Below, piece after piece: positions 24,150 through 35,600 of a stretch of 64,000 nucleotides of DNA. Under the pieces are notes generated by a model, which searched no databases, had not been told where the DNA came from, and saw only the letters and a list, made by a program, of their open reading frames with translations. The translations under genes and the position numbers were made by a program. Positions within the stretch are counted from its first letter, which is position 1, and every line of letters starts with the position of its first letter. Location of the stretch: contig CM126207.1 in the NCBI GenBank assembly GCA_052327205.1, positions 180,048,001 through 180,112,000 of the forward strand, in the 5' to 3' direction. Source of the stretch: Somniosus microcephalus (lineage: Eukaryota).

Positions 24150-25118
24150 GTTTCAGCACAGAATTCCACTGAGCAACAACAACATAGTTTAACTGTGGAT
24201 TCTGAGTCTGGCAAGTCTACTGATGTGCCCATTTCTGAGGGACACCGGGCTCGAACTCAACTCCATTTCAAACTACAACAGCAATTAGAACAAATGCTTC
24301 GCCGTTTTGAGCAAGAGTTGAATGCAACGAAAGAGTTCTTTGATATAGAGTTGGAGAATCTGGAAAGACAACAGAAGCAGCTGATGGAGAAAATGGAGCA
24401 GGAGCACACAAAACGTCTGATGTCAGAGGAGTTAACGGTCAGCCAACTCCTGCATATGCTGAAGGACAGGACTCTGAAATGGGAAAAACTTGAACACGAA
24501 CTTCAATATTCAAACGAAAGGGGTTCGGAGCTCTCAAAGGTTATTGGAAGAGCTGAGGTGGCAACACAGACTGAGATGACTGCAACAGAGCAGCCCTTGG
24601 ATGCCAAAAGTACGCTGACTCACGTCAACGTAGAACAACAGACCGCTGAAACAGCTGCTCCGGTAGAGGGATTGAATAGTCCGATCAATCAATCTCCAAA
24701 AGAAGTTGAAGTAGTAAAATCTCAAATGAGGTCATTAGTAAACGACTTGCTGAAAGCCCAGAAAAAGCTGGATGAAGAGGTACGCATGAAGAAGTCTCTT
24801 CAGGAAAGATGTCTGGACTTGGAACAAAAGCTGGCTAACGCCCAGCTGGGTATGGAGGAAATAGAAGACCCTCTCGCTGGCCTAGATCAGGACGACACCG
24901 AATATTACTATGTCCTGTCCTGCCCAACTTGTAACTTCGACTCCCACCATACAGAAATCATGGAGGAGCACCGAAAGTCTACGGAACATCGGGAGAAGGT
25001 GGCTCTACTACGGAAAAAGGAGGGAGAGAAGGAGGAACTGCGCATGCAGCTGGCAGCTGACAGTGGAGCCCAGAGAGTCTCCAAGAAGCAGAAAAGGAAA
25101 AGTCGAAACAGAAGATGA
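24150..25118 (+). CDS. In-frame continuation after a single TAA: chimeric coiled-coil / Zn-finger cargo protein
   Basis: Same frame as gag. The TAA at 24147 aligns with AAA in element E. Heptad-rich, ending in CPTC...H..S.EH and a basic tail. Confidence 0.8.
   Translation, partial: VSAQNSTEQQQHSLTVDSESGKSTDVPISEGHRARTQLHFKLQQQLEQMLRRFEQELNATKEFFDIELENLERQQKQLMEKMEQEHTKRLMSEELTVSQLLHMLKDRTLKWEKLEHELQYSNERGSELSKVIGRAEVATQTEMTATEQPLDAKSTLTHVNVEQQTAETAAPVEGLNSPINQSPKEVEVVKSQMRSLVNDLLKAQKKLDEEVRMKKSLQERCLDLEQKLANAQLGMEEIEDPLAGLDQDDTEYYYVLSCPTCNFDSHHTEIMEEHRKSTEHREKVALLRKKEGEKEELRMQLAADSGAQRVSKKQKRKSRNRR
24237..24419 (+). other. STK10: Captured STK10/SLK coiled-coil fragment
   Basis: [42 protein letters not shown] versus recalled human STK10 [42 protein letters not shown]. 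Confidence 0.85.
24423..24830 (+). other. OPTN: Captured optineurin coiled-coil fragment
   Basis: EELTVSQLL...EVATQTE...[37 protein letters not shown] versus recalled human [13 protein letters not shown]...EIETQTE...[37 protein letters not shown]. Confidence 0.82.
24891..25118 (+). other. DNAJC21: Captured DNAJC21-like C2H2 zinc finger and basic patch
   Basis: LSCPTC...[18 protein letters not shown]...[10 protein letters not shown] versus recalled human LYCPAC...MKNHEKSKKHREMVALLK...QKLSKKQKKK. Confidence 0.72.
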
Positions 25119-26599
25119 CCCATCTGAACCATTATTACCTCTACCAGATCACACACGTGGTCCCTCCGAACGGAGCCAATTCAGTTCGGAAGTTCAAACT
25201 GTTAAATCCATGGAAGGACTATTGAATGAGTCACTCCAGCAACGTGAACCGACTCCACCACAGAGATTGAATCTGTGAACTGTTTTCCGCAGAGACTGAA
25301 TCTGTGATCTGTTTTGACATGAAGTTATCTATGTATCTATGTTATTCTGTTATGTAAACCTGAAGTTATATATGTATATATGTTATTACGTTATGTTAAA
25401 TGGGGAGATGACTGTAAAGCTAGGAAGGGAGGAATGTTGTGTATGTAATATGTGTGCTACTTTGAACCTATGGACAGGACTGCACTACTTGTTGGGCGTA
25501 GTGATACGCAGTACCACTCCTGGCCATAGGGGTATAAATAGTACTGTGGGTACTGATCTCCCCTCAGTTCCCGCCTGTGGGCATGAAGTAAAGACCTACG
25601 TATAGTCCCTACCTCCAACCAGTAAAGACCTGTTTTATTGTTACTGATTAAGTCTGAGTATTAATTACTTGAACAACTCACAGATTTAACAGTGTACTTA
25701 CCCCAATGTCAGTCCTTCAGTGTGAGGGTAAGTCAAGGAATGAGGTGTACTTACCCCAGTGTCAGTCCTTCAATGTGAGGGTAAGTCAAGGAATGAGGTG
25801 TACTTACCCCAATGTCAGTCCTTCAGTGTGAGGGTAAGTCAAGGAATGAGGTGTACTTACCCCAGTGTCAGTCCTTCAGTGTGAGGGTAAGTCAAGGAAT
25901 GAGGTGTACTTACCCCAATGTCAGTCCTTCAGTGTGAGGGTAAGTCAAGGAATGAGGTATACTTACCCCAATGTCAGTCCTTCAGTGTGAGGGTAAGTCA
26001 AGGAATGAGGTGTACTTACCCCAATGTCAGTCCTTCAGTGTGAGGGTAAGTCAAGGAATGAGGTGTACTTACCCCAATGTCAGTCCTTCAGTGTGAGGGT
26101 AAGTCAAGGAATGAGGTGTACTTACCCCAGTGTCAGTCCTTCAGTGTGAGGGTAAGTCAAGGAATGAGGTGTACTTACCCCAGTGTCAGTCCTTCAGTGT
26201 GAGGGTAAGTCAAGGAATGAGGTGTACTTACCCCAGTGTCAGTCCTTCAGTGTGAGGGTAAGTCAAGGAATGAGGTGTACTTACCCCAATGTCAGTCCTT
26301 CAGTGTGAGGGTAAGTAAACAGAATACATATTAACATACCATCTGACAAATAGAATGTCTACACAATGCCTCACTTCCATCTGCAGTTAGAAAGGCAGAT
26401 CAATATTATCAATTTTCAATTGAATGTAATTAAAATAAATATTCCAATTTTTTTGTTAATTTCAATATATCTCCTGTTTTCCTAACACCAATAAATTACA
26501 ATATAAACAGGAGGAATTCAGTAACACGAGGACAGAACAGATCAATAATGGATCATTAAATATAGCTGGAAATGAATGGCTGACTTACTGGGCCAACCC

Positions 26600-26900
26600 T
26601 GCTTCTTTCTCCATCTCTCTCTCACTTTCTGTGTCTTGCTCTCACAAACATGCAGCTCTCTCTCTACACATAGCACTCATTCACTGTCTCACTAACACAA
26701 ACCTCTCAATCTATCACGCAGCATTCTCTCTCTGACTCTCACACACAAACACACACTCGCTCTCCATCATTCTAACACAAACTTCTCATTCTCTGTCAAT
26801 GTCCCTCTCTCTAATGCACAGCATCCACTCTCTCTAACATGTAGCACTCACTCCCTCCCTCTCTCACAAACATACAATACTCACTCTGTCCTTCTGACAT
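26600..26900. repeat. Degenerate CT/CA-rich simple repeat
   Basis: Recurrent CTCTCTC and ACAC runs. Confidence 0.6.
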
Positions 26901-28584
26901 ACATTACACAGAAACAGAAAAGTCCACTAAAAGATTCCAGGTATGTAGAGCTCTGCTCTATCCTTTAACCCTTTCCTGGGTAATATTTTACCTGATAGAG
27001 GAGTAAAAAATCACAAACATTCCCAAAGAATTGCAAGTGACTTTTCAAATCAATTTCAAAATTCTAACCCTGGCCCAAACTCCACATACTAAAATCCACA
27101 TTCATATTTGCTCCATGCCTCCAAGATCGCTCCTTCTCCCTGGTCTACATCCCTGAGATGCACCCTCCTTCCCACTCCTGTATCTCCAAAATTCCCCCTT
27201 CCTCATCCCATCTAGCCACTTCTAGTTCTCTCCTTGTCTCTGGAATTCTCTCTTCCTCCTGCTAACCAATCTGCTTCCTGCTCTGTGTCTTCTCTGTTCT
27301 CTTCCTGCGACCAGGATGCATGCTTACATGACACTGTTTTTTCGGACCAAGCAGCTTCAGCAATGCTGTGACTCTAATGGTGGACACACTTACACACAGT
27401 GCTGTTGAAATGATCACCTGAGCTGCCTTTGTTAAATCAGCCCCAGTGGGCCAGTGGAATATGTAGCAGTGAGCTTGCAATTTGAAGTGATAAGGTGGGG
27501 CTGTGAACTGGAGCACATTGAGTATCAACCCACAGTACCGGGGAGACACAGCACTAATTCCCCACATCGCAGTTGGCTGCACTCTAATAACCATCATTTA
27601 AAAAACTGATGACTTAGATTTTTTGTTGTCACAGCTTTATTCAGCAAGTGTACCATGGAAATATTCAGAGTATTATATACCCAGTTATGTTGTAATGGAA
27701 AGCAGTTTTGCCATAATGTAGTGCAGTTGAATGGTTCCCATGCTGATGGTGCCACTCTTGCACATGAGTCTAAAGCGGCAGCAGTGGACACCCACTCTTA
27801 GTGCCACTCTCTGGGACATGAGCTGTAACGTAAAAGAGCCTTAACGCTTGTGGTCCTGAAGCTCTGAAGGGTTGGTTGCCCCAGCCCTGGAGTGACCTTC
27901 CAGCGATCAGTTTGGAGAGCACTGATAGAGCGCTGTAGGCTGTTCAGTCTGTAACAATATGGTTTGAAGTGTTTGGAGAGTTCCTTTACTCCAGTAAGTG
28001 CCAATGGTTCGTGACTGCTTTAAGTATGTAAGTTGGAAACATTCCCTTAGCAATCAGAGTCTGACATTGTTTCAAAGACCCAGCGGGTTTGAAGTCGTCT
28101 GCTTCAGAGACTGGAAGATGGAGTCTGTAGGCAGGGGCCGAGAACTGCTGTGAGCTTCAGTAGATAATGGCATTTAAAACTAGAAATTAGCCCTTTCTAT
28201 TCAACCTTGGATTATAAAGAACCCTGAACCAGGTTCAAAGGGACATTACATGGTCCTACTGTACTCTTGATTACAAGTAGAAGAGCAGGGGTTGATTAAA
28301 AAAAGGGATTTGACATTCTCACAATAATTTCAAATTGAATAAAAACACACTAAGTTTGACATTTTGCAAATTTTTGACTGCATGAGTATAACATACCTTG
28401 TGCCTGGTGTATCTATTGTTATAACTTTGTGCCTATAATCCCTCCAACATTTTTGTACCATTCAATTGGCAATTAGTTGAAAAGCAATAAACGATAAAGA
28501 GCATGGCCCAGATTTTGCGGTCAGCGGCGAACGAACGTCGCTAACTGTTCATTACACTTACTTGCCCACAGACTTTCTAGCCAC

Positions 28585-29486
28585 CAGTCTAGCCAACTCC
28601 CCTTGACATTCAACGGCATTACCATCGCCGAATCCCCCACCATCAACATCCTGGGAGTCACCATTGACCAGAAACTTAACTGGACCAGCCACATAAATAC
28701 TGTGACTACAAGAGCAGGTCAGAGGCTGGATATTCTGTGACTACTGTCTCACCTCCTGACTCCCCAAAGCCTTTCCACCATCTACAATGCACAAGTCAGG
28801 AGTGTGATGGAATACTCTCCACTTGCCTGGATGAGTGCAGCTCCAACAACACTCAAGAAGCTCGACACCATTCAGAACAAAGCAGCCCGCTTGATTGGCA
28901 CCCCATCCACTACCTTAAACATTCACTGACTCCACCACCGGCACACTGTGGCTGCAGTGTGTACCATCTACAAGATGCAATGCAGCAACTTGCCAAGGCT
29001 TCTTCGGCAGCACTTCCCAATCCATGACCTCTACCACTAGAATGACAAGGGCAGCAGGCGCATGGCAACACCACCACCATTCCAGCGGCCATTCTTAACC
29101 TGTGAGCTTAGAGAGTGAGTGTTGGCAGTGTGTGAGTGTTGAAGGGGTAATCACAGCAAGCAAGCTTCTTCAACAGCAGCTCCCAAACCCGCGACCTCTT
29201 CCACCTAGAAGGATAAGGGCAGCAGGCGCATGGGAATACCATCACCTCCAAATTCCCCTCCAAGTCACACAGCATCCTGACTTGGAAATATATTGCCATT
29301 CCTTCATCATCGCTGGGTCAAAATCCTGGAACTCCCTCCCTAACAGCAGTGTGGGAGTACCTTCACCACATGGACTGCAGCGGTTCAAGAAGGCGGCTCA
29401 CCACCACCTTCTCAAGGGCAATTAGGGATGGGCAATAAATGCTGGCCTTGCCAGCGACACCCACATCCCATGAATGAATTAAAAAA
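28585..29486 (+). mobile_element. Non-LTR retrotransposon 3' fragment (CR1-supergroup, distinct from the other CR1s)
   Basis: INILGVTIDQKLNWTSHI and QVRSVMEYS motifs, WNSLP, 3' end ATGAATGAATTAAAAAA. A second copy lies at 37960-38457. Confidence 0.75.
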
Positions 29487-29859
29487 TGTGCTTTTCCGCT
29501 AAGTACTCAAAACCTACTCTAGGCCGATCAAATATAGATCTTGTACTGTTTTTATTGACTGCATCCTGCTCCGTTTGACTGTATAGTTGAAAAGTTATTT
29601 AAAATGGAAGAGTAAAATATTAAGCAATGGGGCTGCAACCAACAAAACGTTCTGCAAATCTATTATTCAAAAATGTACCATTTCCTGCAAAGCCAGAGAT
29701 GACAAAAGCAAGCAATTGAGAACAATTATGAGATTGCATCGCAGTTCATTAAGCAACCAAACAATGTCAGAACTGTTACACTAATTATTAATATGTGCAG
29801 AGAGGCACTGAAAATACTTGATGGTCTTCAGTTTGAGACAGATGAATACAAGACTGATT

Positions 29860-31340
29860 TCATAGTCATAGAAATTTACGGCACAGAAGGCGGTCAATTG
29901 TGTCTGTGCCGGCCGAAAAAGAGCTATCCAGCCTAATCCCATTTTCTAGCTATTGGTCCGTAGCCTTGTAAGTTACGGCACTTCAAGTGCATATCCAAAT
30001 ACTTTTTAAATGTGTTGAGGGTTTCTGCCTCAACCACCCTTTCAGGCAGTGATTTCCAGACCCCCACCACCCTCTGGGTGAAAACATTTCTCCTCAACTC
30101 CCCTCTAATCCTTCTATCAGTTACTTTAAATCTATGCCCCCTGGTTATTGACCTCTCTGCTAAAGGAAATAGGTCCTTCCTATCCACTCTATCTAGGCCC
30201 CTCCTAATTTTATACACCTCAATCAAGTCTCCCCTCAGCCTCCTCTGTTCCAAAGGAAACAACCCCAGCCTATCCAATCTTTCCTCACTGCTAACATTCT
30301 CCAGTCTTGGGAACACCCTTGTAAATCTCCTCTGTACCCTCTCTAGTGCAATCACAGCCTTACTGTAATGTGTGTACTCAGTATTCTAGCTGTGACCTTA
30401 GTGTTTTATACAGTTCAAGCATAAACTCCCTGCTCTTATATTCTATACCTCGGCTAATAAAGCAAAGTATCCCGTATGCCTTCATAACCATCTTATCTAC
30501 CTGTCCTGCTTCCTTCAGGGATCTGTGGACATGCACTCCAAGGTCCCTCTGTTCCTCTACACTTCTCAGTATCCTTCCATTTAATGTGTATTCCCTTGCC
30601 TTGTTAGTCCTCCCCAAATGCATTACCTCACACTTCTCTGGATTGAATTCCATTTGCTACTTTTCTGCCCACCTGACCAGTCCATTGATATCTTCCTACA
30701 GTCTACAGCTTTCATCCTCACAATCAACCACATGGCCAATTTTTGTATCATCTGCAAACTTCTTAATCATGTCTCCTACCTTGAAGTCTAAATCATTAAT
30801 ATGTACCACAAAAAGCAAAGAACCTAGTACTGAGCCCTGCGGAACCCCACTGGAAACAGCCTTCCAGTCACAAAAACATCCTGCCACTGAGCCAATTTTG
30901 GATCCAACTTGCCACTTTCCCTTGGATCCCATGGGCCTTTACTTTTCTGACCAGTCTGCCATGTGGGACCTTGTCAAAAGCATTGCTAAAATCCATGGAG
31001 ACTACATCAAATGCGCTACTCCTTGTTACCACCTCAAAAAATTCAATCAAGTTCGTCAGACATGACCTTCCTTTAACAAATCCATGCTGACTGTCCTTGA
31101 TTAATCCATGCCTTTCTAAATGACGATTAATACTGTCCCTCAGAATTTTTTCCAATAATTTGCCCACCACCGAGGTTAGGCTGACTGGCTTGTAATTACT
31201 CAGTCGATCCCTTTCTCCCTTTTTAAACAACGGTACAACGTTAGCAGTCCTCCAGTCCTTTGGTACCACACCTGTAGCCAGAGAGGATTTGAAAATAATG
31301 GTCAGAGTCTCCACTATTTCCTCCCTTGCTTCTTTTAACA
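29860..31340 (-). mobile_element. CR1 LINE fragment, degraded
   Basis: ORFs 30868-31341, 30696-30932, 30378-30653 and 29933-30355 carry CR1 RT motifs. Confidence 0.9.
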
Positions 31341-32670
31341 ATTTAACAAACAGATTTATATGCTGTTTTTAGTAAGATGGAACAATTCTGTCGGCATGAC
31401 AAATGAAACTGATGAGTCTTATATTTTCAAAAATTGGGACCAAGATCCTGGTGAGACAACAGAGTAGTATGTAGCAAGTCTATGCATTCTCGCTAGAACA
31501 TGCAACCTTGGGGCTGAGGAGAAAGTCTAATCACAGATAGAACAATGGTCCCAGAGAGAATTTTACAAGAACCAAAACTGACACTGAAAGTTTGCACCCA
31601 CACGTAAAACTAGTGAATCGACGGAAAAGTAGTTGAATGAACTAAGTACCCTGGAAGAAGTGCAATACTTAGCATGGGAAATGGAAAAATGACTCCATAT
31701 GTGAAGCCCAAGAAAGTTTGGAAAGCATCTGACACAAACCGTAAATACTGTGTAAAATACCATGTCATAAAGAAAACAATCTTTCCTGCATGGGATTGTA
31801 AGTGTAATGGGATTATAGAGAACTGAACCATTCCTGAGCCAAGTGTCTAAAGTTCTCAAATAAGAACAAAAGCAAACAGCAGCGGTATACTATAGATGAA
31901 GCTGCTTGTGACTCAGATGAAGGTAAAATTCTCTCTCTCAAAGCTACTGGATCTGTAGAAGACAAGCATGCTAACAAAGTATTTGCCAATATGCTCATAA
32001 ACAACAAGCAAGTCAGATTTCAGCTCGAGTTTGGTACTTTTGTCAATGCTCTCCCTGAGAATCGGTATCTGAAATTCTTTGATGATCAAAGTGGCAGAGA
32101 GCTTCAGGATTCTACTGCTTCACTGCTCATGCTCAACAAGACAGATATGAAGCCACGAAGGAGAAGAAGCCTCAGTGTTAAGCCAAAGAACAGGATGCAC
32201 AGCATGGACTTCCTAATGGTTCCAAGTGGAGGTAGACCTGTTCGAGATGCTCGAGACATTCAACATATGCAACTTATGACAGTGAATCATGAGAACATAT
32301 GGATGATGAAGGATTCATCAAAACTCAAAACCTGAAGTAGTGACCAAGTATCAGGATGTGTCAAAGGAGAGGGGAAGTTAGAAGACAATCTCCACCTTTA
32401 AATTGGTCCCTGGGTCCTAACTACACAGTTGCCAGCCAGGAAACTACCGCTAGATGTAAAATAACTTGACAAGAACAACTTTTATGAGCTTGTTGATCAG
32501 AAAGGCCTTGCACTGCTCAGTGTTCCAACTGACTGGGTTTCTTCAATGGCAGTGATGATGAAAATAAATGATAAAGTACACCTGTGCATCAATCCAAAGC
32601 CAATTAACAAAGCCCTTCAACGTAATCACTATCTAGTTGTAACTATGAATGATATTCTGCGTGAAAGTTT

Positions 32671-35600
32671 CAGGCAATACAATGGTAAGGGGGAACCTGA
32701 AACCAACCACAGTCACAGGCAGTGATGAATGGAATATTTCATCACATTCACCCCTTCTATAGATTTAGTCTGTTCGGGGGTTTGGTAGTCCTCTGCGACC
32801 GACGTGGCTGTTGTGGTGTCGCGGGTGTCGGCTGGGTGTCCCCGGTGGCCTCCTGGGTCTCTGCCGGGGGTGCCGCCAGGGTTGTTGAAGGGGTAGTTGG
32901 TGGGGGTGCCGTTGGTCGATTTTCTTCCGGGGGTGATGAAAGAGTAGTGGGTGGGTAAGAGTTGCTGTGGTCGTTGTTGCTGCTATTGCCGTGGTTGTTG
33001 TCGTTACCGGCTGGGGCGACGTCTTTTATTGACACGGTGTCCTCCCTTCCGTCGGCGTGCCGGACATACGCGTATTGGGGGTTGGCGTGGAGTAGGTGCA
33101 CTGGCTCCACGAGAGGGTCCGTCTTATGGCCCCTCACATGCCTTCGCACGAATACCGGACCCGGGGTGGAGAGCCATGACGGCATGGATACGCCTGAGGT
33201 GGATTTCCGGGGGAAGCTAAACATTCGTTCATGAGGCGTGGCATTAGTGGCAGTACACAATAGCGACCGTATCGAATGGAGCACATCTGAGAGGACTTCC
33301 TACCAGCGGGAGATAGGGAGGCCCTTGGTCCTTAGAGCTAGAGTGACTGCTTTCCATACTGTCCCGTTCTCTCGCTCCACTTGACCGTTACCCCGGGGGT
33401 TGTAGCTGGTGGTACGGCTCGTGGCGATACCCCTGGACAGCATGTACTGGCGTAGCTCTTCACTCATGAAGGACGCCCCCCTATCCGTGTGGATGTAGCT
33501 CGGCATACCGAACAGGCAGAACAGGCTGTTGAGGCATTTATTGACCGTGGCGCTGGTCATGTCTGGGCAGGGGAAGGCGAATGGGAACCGGGAGTATTCG
33601 TCCACAATGTTCAGGAAGTAAACATTGCGGTCGACGGACGGGAGGGGGCCCTTGAAATCTAAGCTGAGCCGCTCAAAGGGCCGTGTAGCTTTGATTAAGT
33701 GGGCTCTATCAGGGTGGTAGAACCGAGGCTTACACTCAGCGCAAGTGCGGCAGTTCCTGGTCAGAGACCGAACTTCCTCAATCGAGTAGGGTAAGTTGCG
33801 GGACTTTATGAAGTGGAACAGCTGCGTGACCCCTGGGTGGCAGAGGTCGTTGTGGAGGGTCTGTAGCCGATCCCCGGTGGCGCTGGCACACATCCCTCGT
33901 GAGAGGGCATCTGGGGATTCGTTAAGGGCCCCTGGCCAGTAAATGATGTCATACTCGAAGGTGGAGAGCTCGATCCGCCACCTAAGAATCTTATCATTTT
34001 TAATCTTCCCCCTCTGTTTATTATTGAACATAAATGCTACCGACCGCTGGTCGGTAAGTAGGGTGAAGCGTTTGCCGGCTAGGTAGTGGCGCCAGTGGCG
34101 CACTGCCTCCATGATGGCTTGGGCCTCCTTTTCCACGGAGGAGTGTCTGATCTCGGGCCCTTGGAGGGCCCTCGAGAAGAAAGCTACGGGCCGCCCCGCC
34201 TGGTTGAGGGTGGCCGCCAAGGCGAAGTCAGACGCATCACTTTCCACTTGAAATGGAGTGTTCTCGTCCACTGCCTGTAGCGTGGCCCGCTCAACATCCT
34301 GCTTAATGCTTTTGAAGGCGGTGTGGGCCTCAGCAGAGAGCGGAAAAGAGGATGCTTTCAAGAGGGGGCGGGCTTTGTCGGAGTAGTTGGGGACCCATTG
34401 GGAATAATAAGAAAATAACCCCAGGCACCTTTTCAGGGCTTTGGGAGTGTTGGGCAGGGGCAGCTCCCGTAGGGGGCGCAATCGGTCGGGGTCTGGTCCG
34501 ATTTCCCCATTCTCCACCACGCTGCCTAGTATGCAGAGGCGCGTGGTGTTGAAAACGCACTTGTCCTCGTTGTAGGTGAGGTTGAGTTTTTGTGCGGTTT
34601 TCAGGAACCTCTCGAGGTTCGAGTCGTGATCCTGCTGGTTGTGACCGCAGATGGTGACGTTGTCGAGGTAGGGGAAGGTTGCCTGCAAGTGGTGGTCATC
34701 GACCATGCGATCCATCTCCCTCTGGAAGACCGAGACCCCATTCGTCACCCCAAAGGGGACTCTGAGGAATTGGTAGAGGCGTCCGTTCGCCTCGAAGGCG
34801 GTGTACGGGCGGTCCTCTGGTCTGATAGGGAGCTGGTGGTACGCTGACTTGAGGTCGATGGTGGAGAACACCCGGTATTGGGCGATTTGGTTCACCATTT
34901 CTGATATGCGGGGTAGCGGGTAGGCGTCTAGTTGGGTGTACCTGTTGATCGTTTGGCTATAGTCGATCACCATCCGTTTCTTCTCGCTACCCCTTACCAC
35001 CACCACTTGGGCGCGCCACGGGCTATTGCTGCATTCAATAATGCGCTCTTTCAGGAGCCTGTCTACCTCGGTTGCGATAAACCGCCTGTCCTCCCAGCTG
35101 TACCTCCTGCTTTTGGTCGCTATTGGCCGGCAGTTAGGGGTAAGGTTCGCGAATAGCGAAGGCGGCTTTACCTTCAGGGTAGCCAGGCCGCACACTGTGA
35201 GGGGCGGCTGGGACCCACCGTACTTGAGCGTGATGCTTTGGTGGTTGCACTGGAAATCCAGGCCCAAGATCACGCTCGCGCATAGATTCTTCATGATTAA
35301 TACTTTAAAATTATCGTATACAGTCCCGTTAACGGACAATTGTACCGTGCAGTAACCCAGAATGGTCGATGTCTGGGTTTTATCAGCCATAGAGATGGTA
35401 CCCCGAGTAGGGACCACCTTTAGGGAGAGTTGTCGTGCCAGTTCCGGGTGGATAAAACTCTCCGTGCTTCCACTGTCAATTAAACATTTAACCCCGCACC
35501 CGTTTACCTCGATGTCCACCATTGATTTGGATAGCGGGTGGGGCCTGGTCTGGTCCACTGTGACCGATGCCACTGTAGGGCCCTGATCGAGACAAGATGG

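Larger units (their letters stand above)
22092..25691 (+). mobile_element. Non-autonomous Gypsy LTR element C: gag-PR plus captured host coding fragments, no RT/RNaseH/IN
   Basis: 257-bp LTRs at 22092-22348 and 25435-25691 (1 difference seen), TSD GTGTA, PBS TGGCGACGAG at 22350, PPT AGGAAGGGAGGAA. Confidence 0.96.
21731..26317. repeat. 53-bp tandem array (about 16-17 units), split by LTR element C, with inverted units at its left end
   Basis: Unit GTGTGAGGGTAAGTCAAGGAATGAGGTGTACTTACCCCARTGTCAGTCCTTCA starts at 21850, 21903 ... 22062 and again at 25720 ... 26303 (period 53). Confidence 0.95.

Noticed and set aside
24195-25118. Cargo ORF as an env gene
   Set aside because: No signal peptide, fusion peptide or transmembrane segment. 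It is hydrophilic, in frame with gag, and resembles cytoplasmic host proteins.
21850-26317. CRISPR-like array
   Set aside because: Units are head-to-tail with no unique spacers, no cas genes are present, and the context is eukaryotic. It is a satellite.
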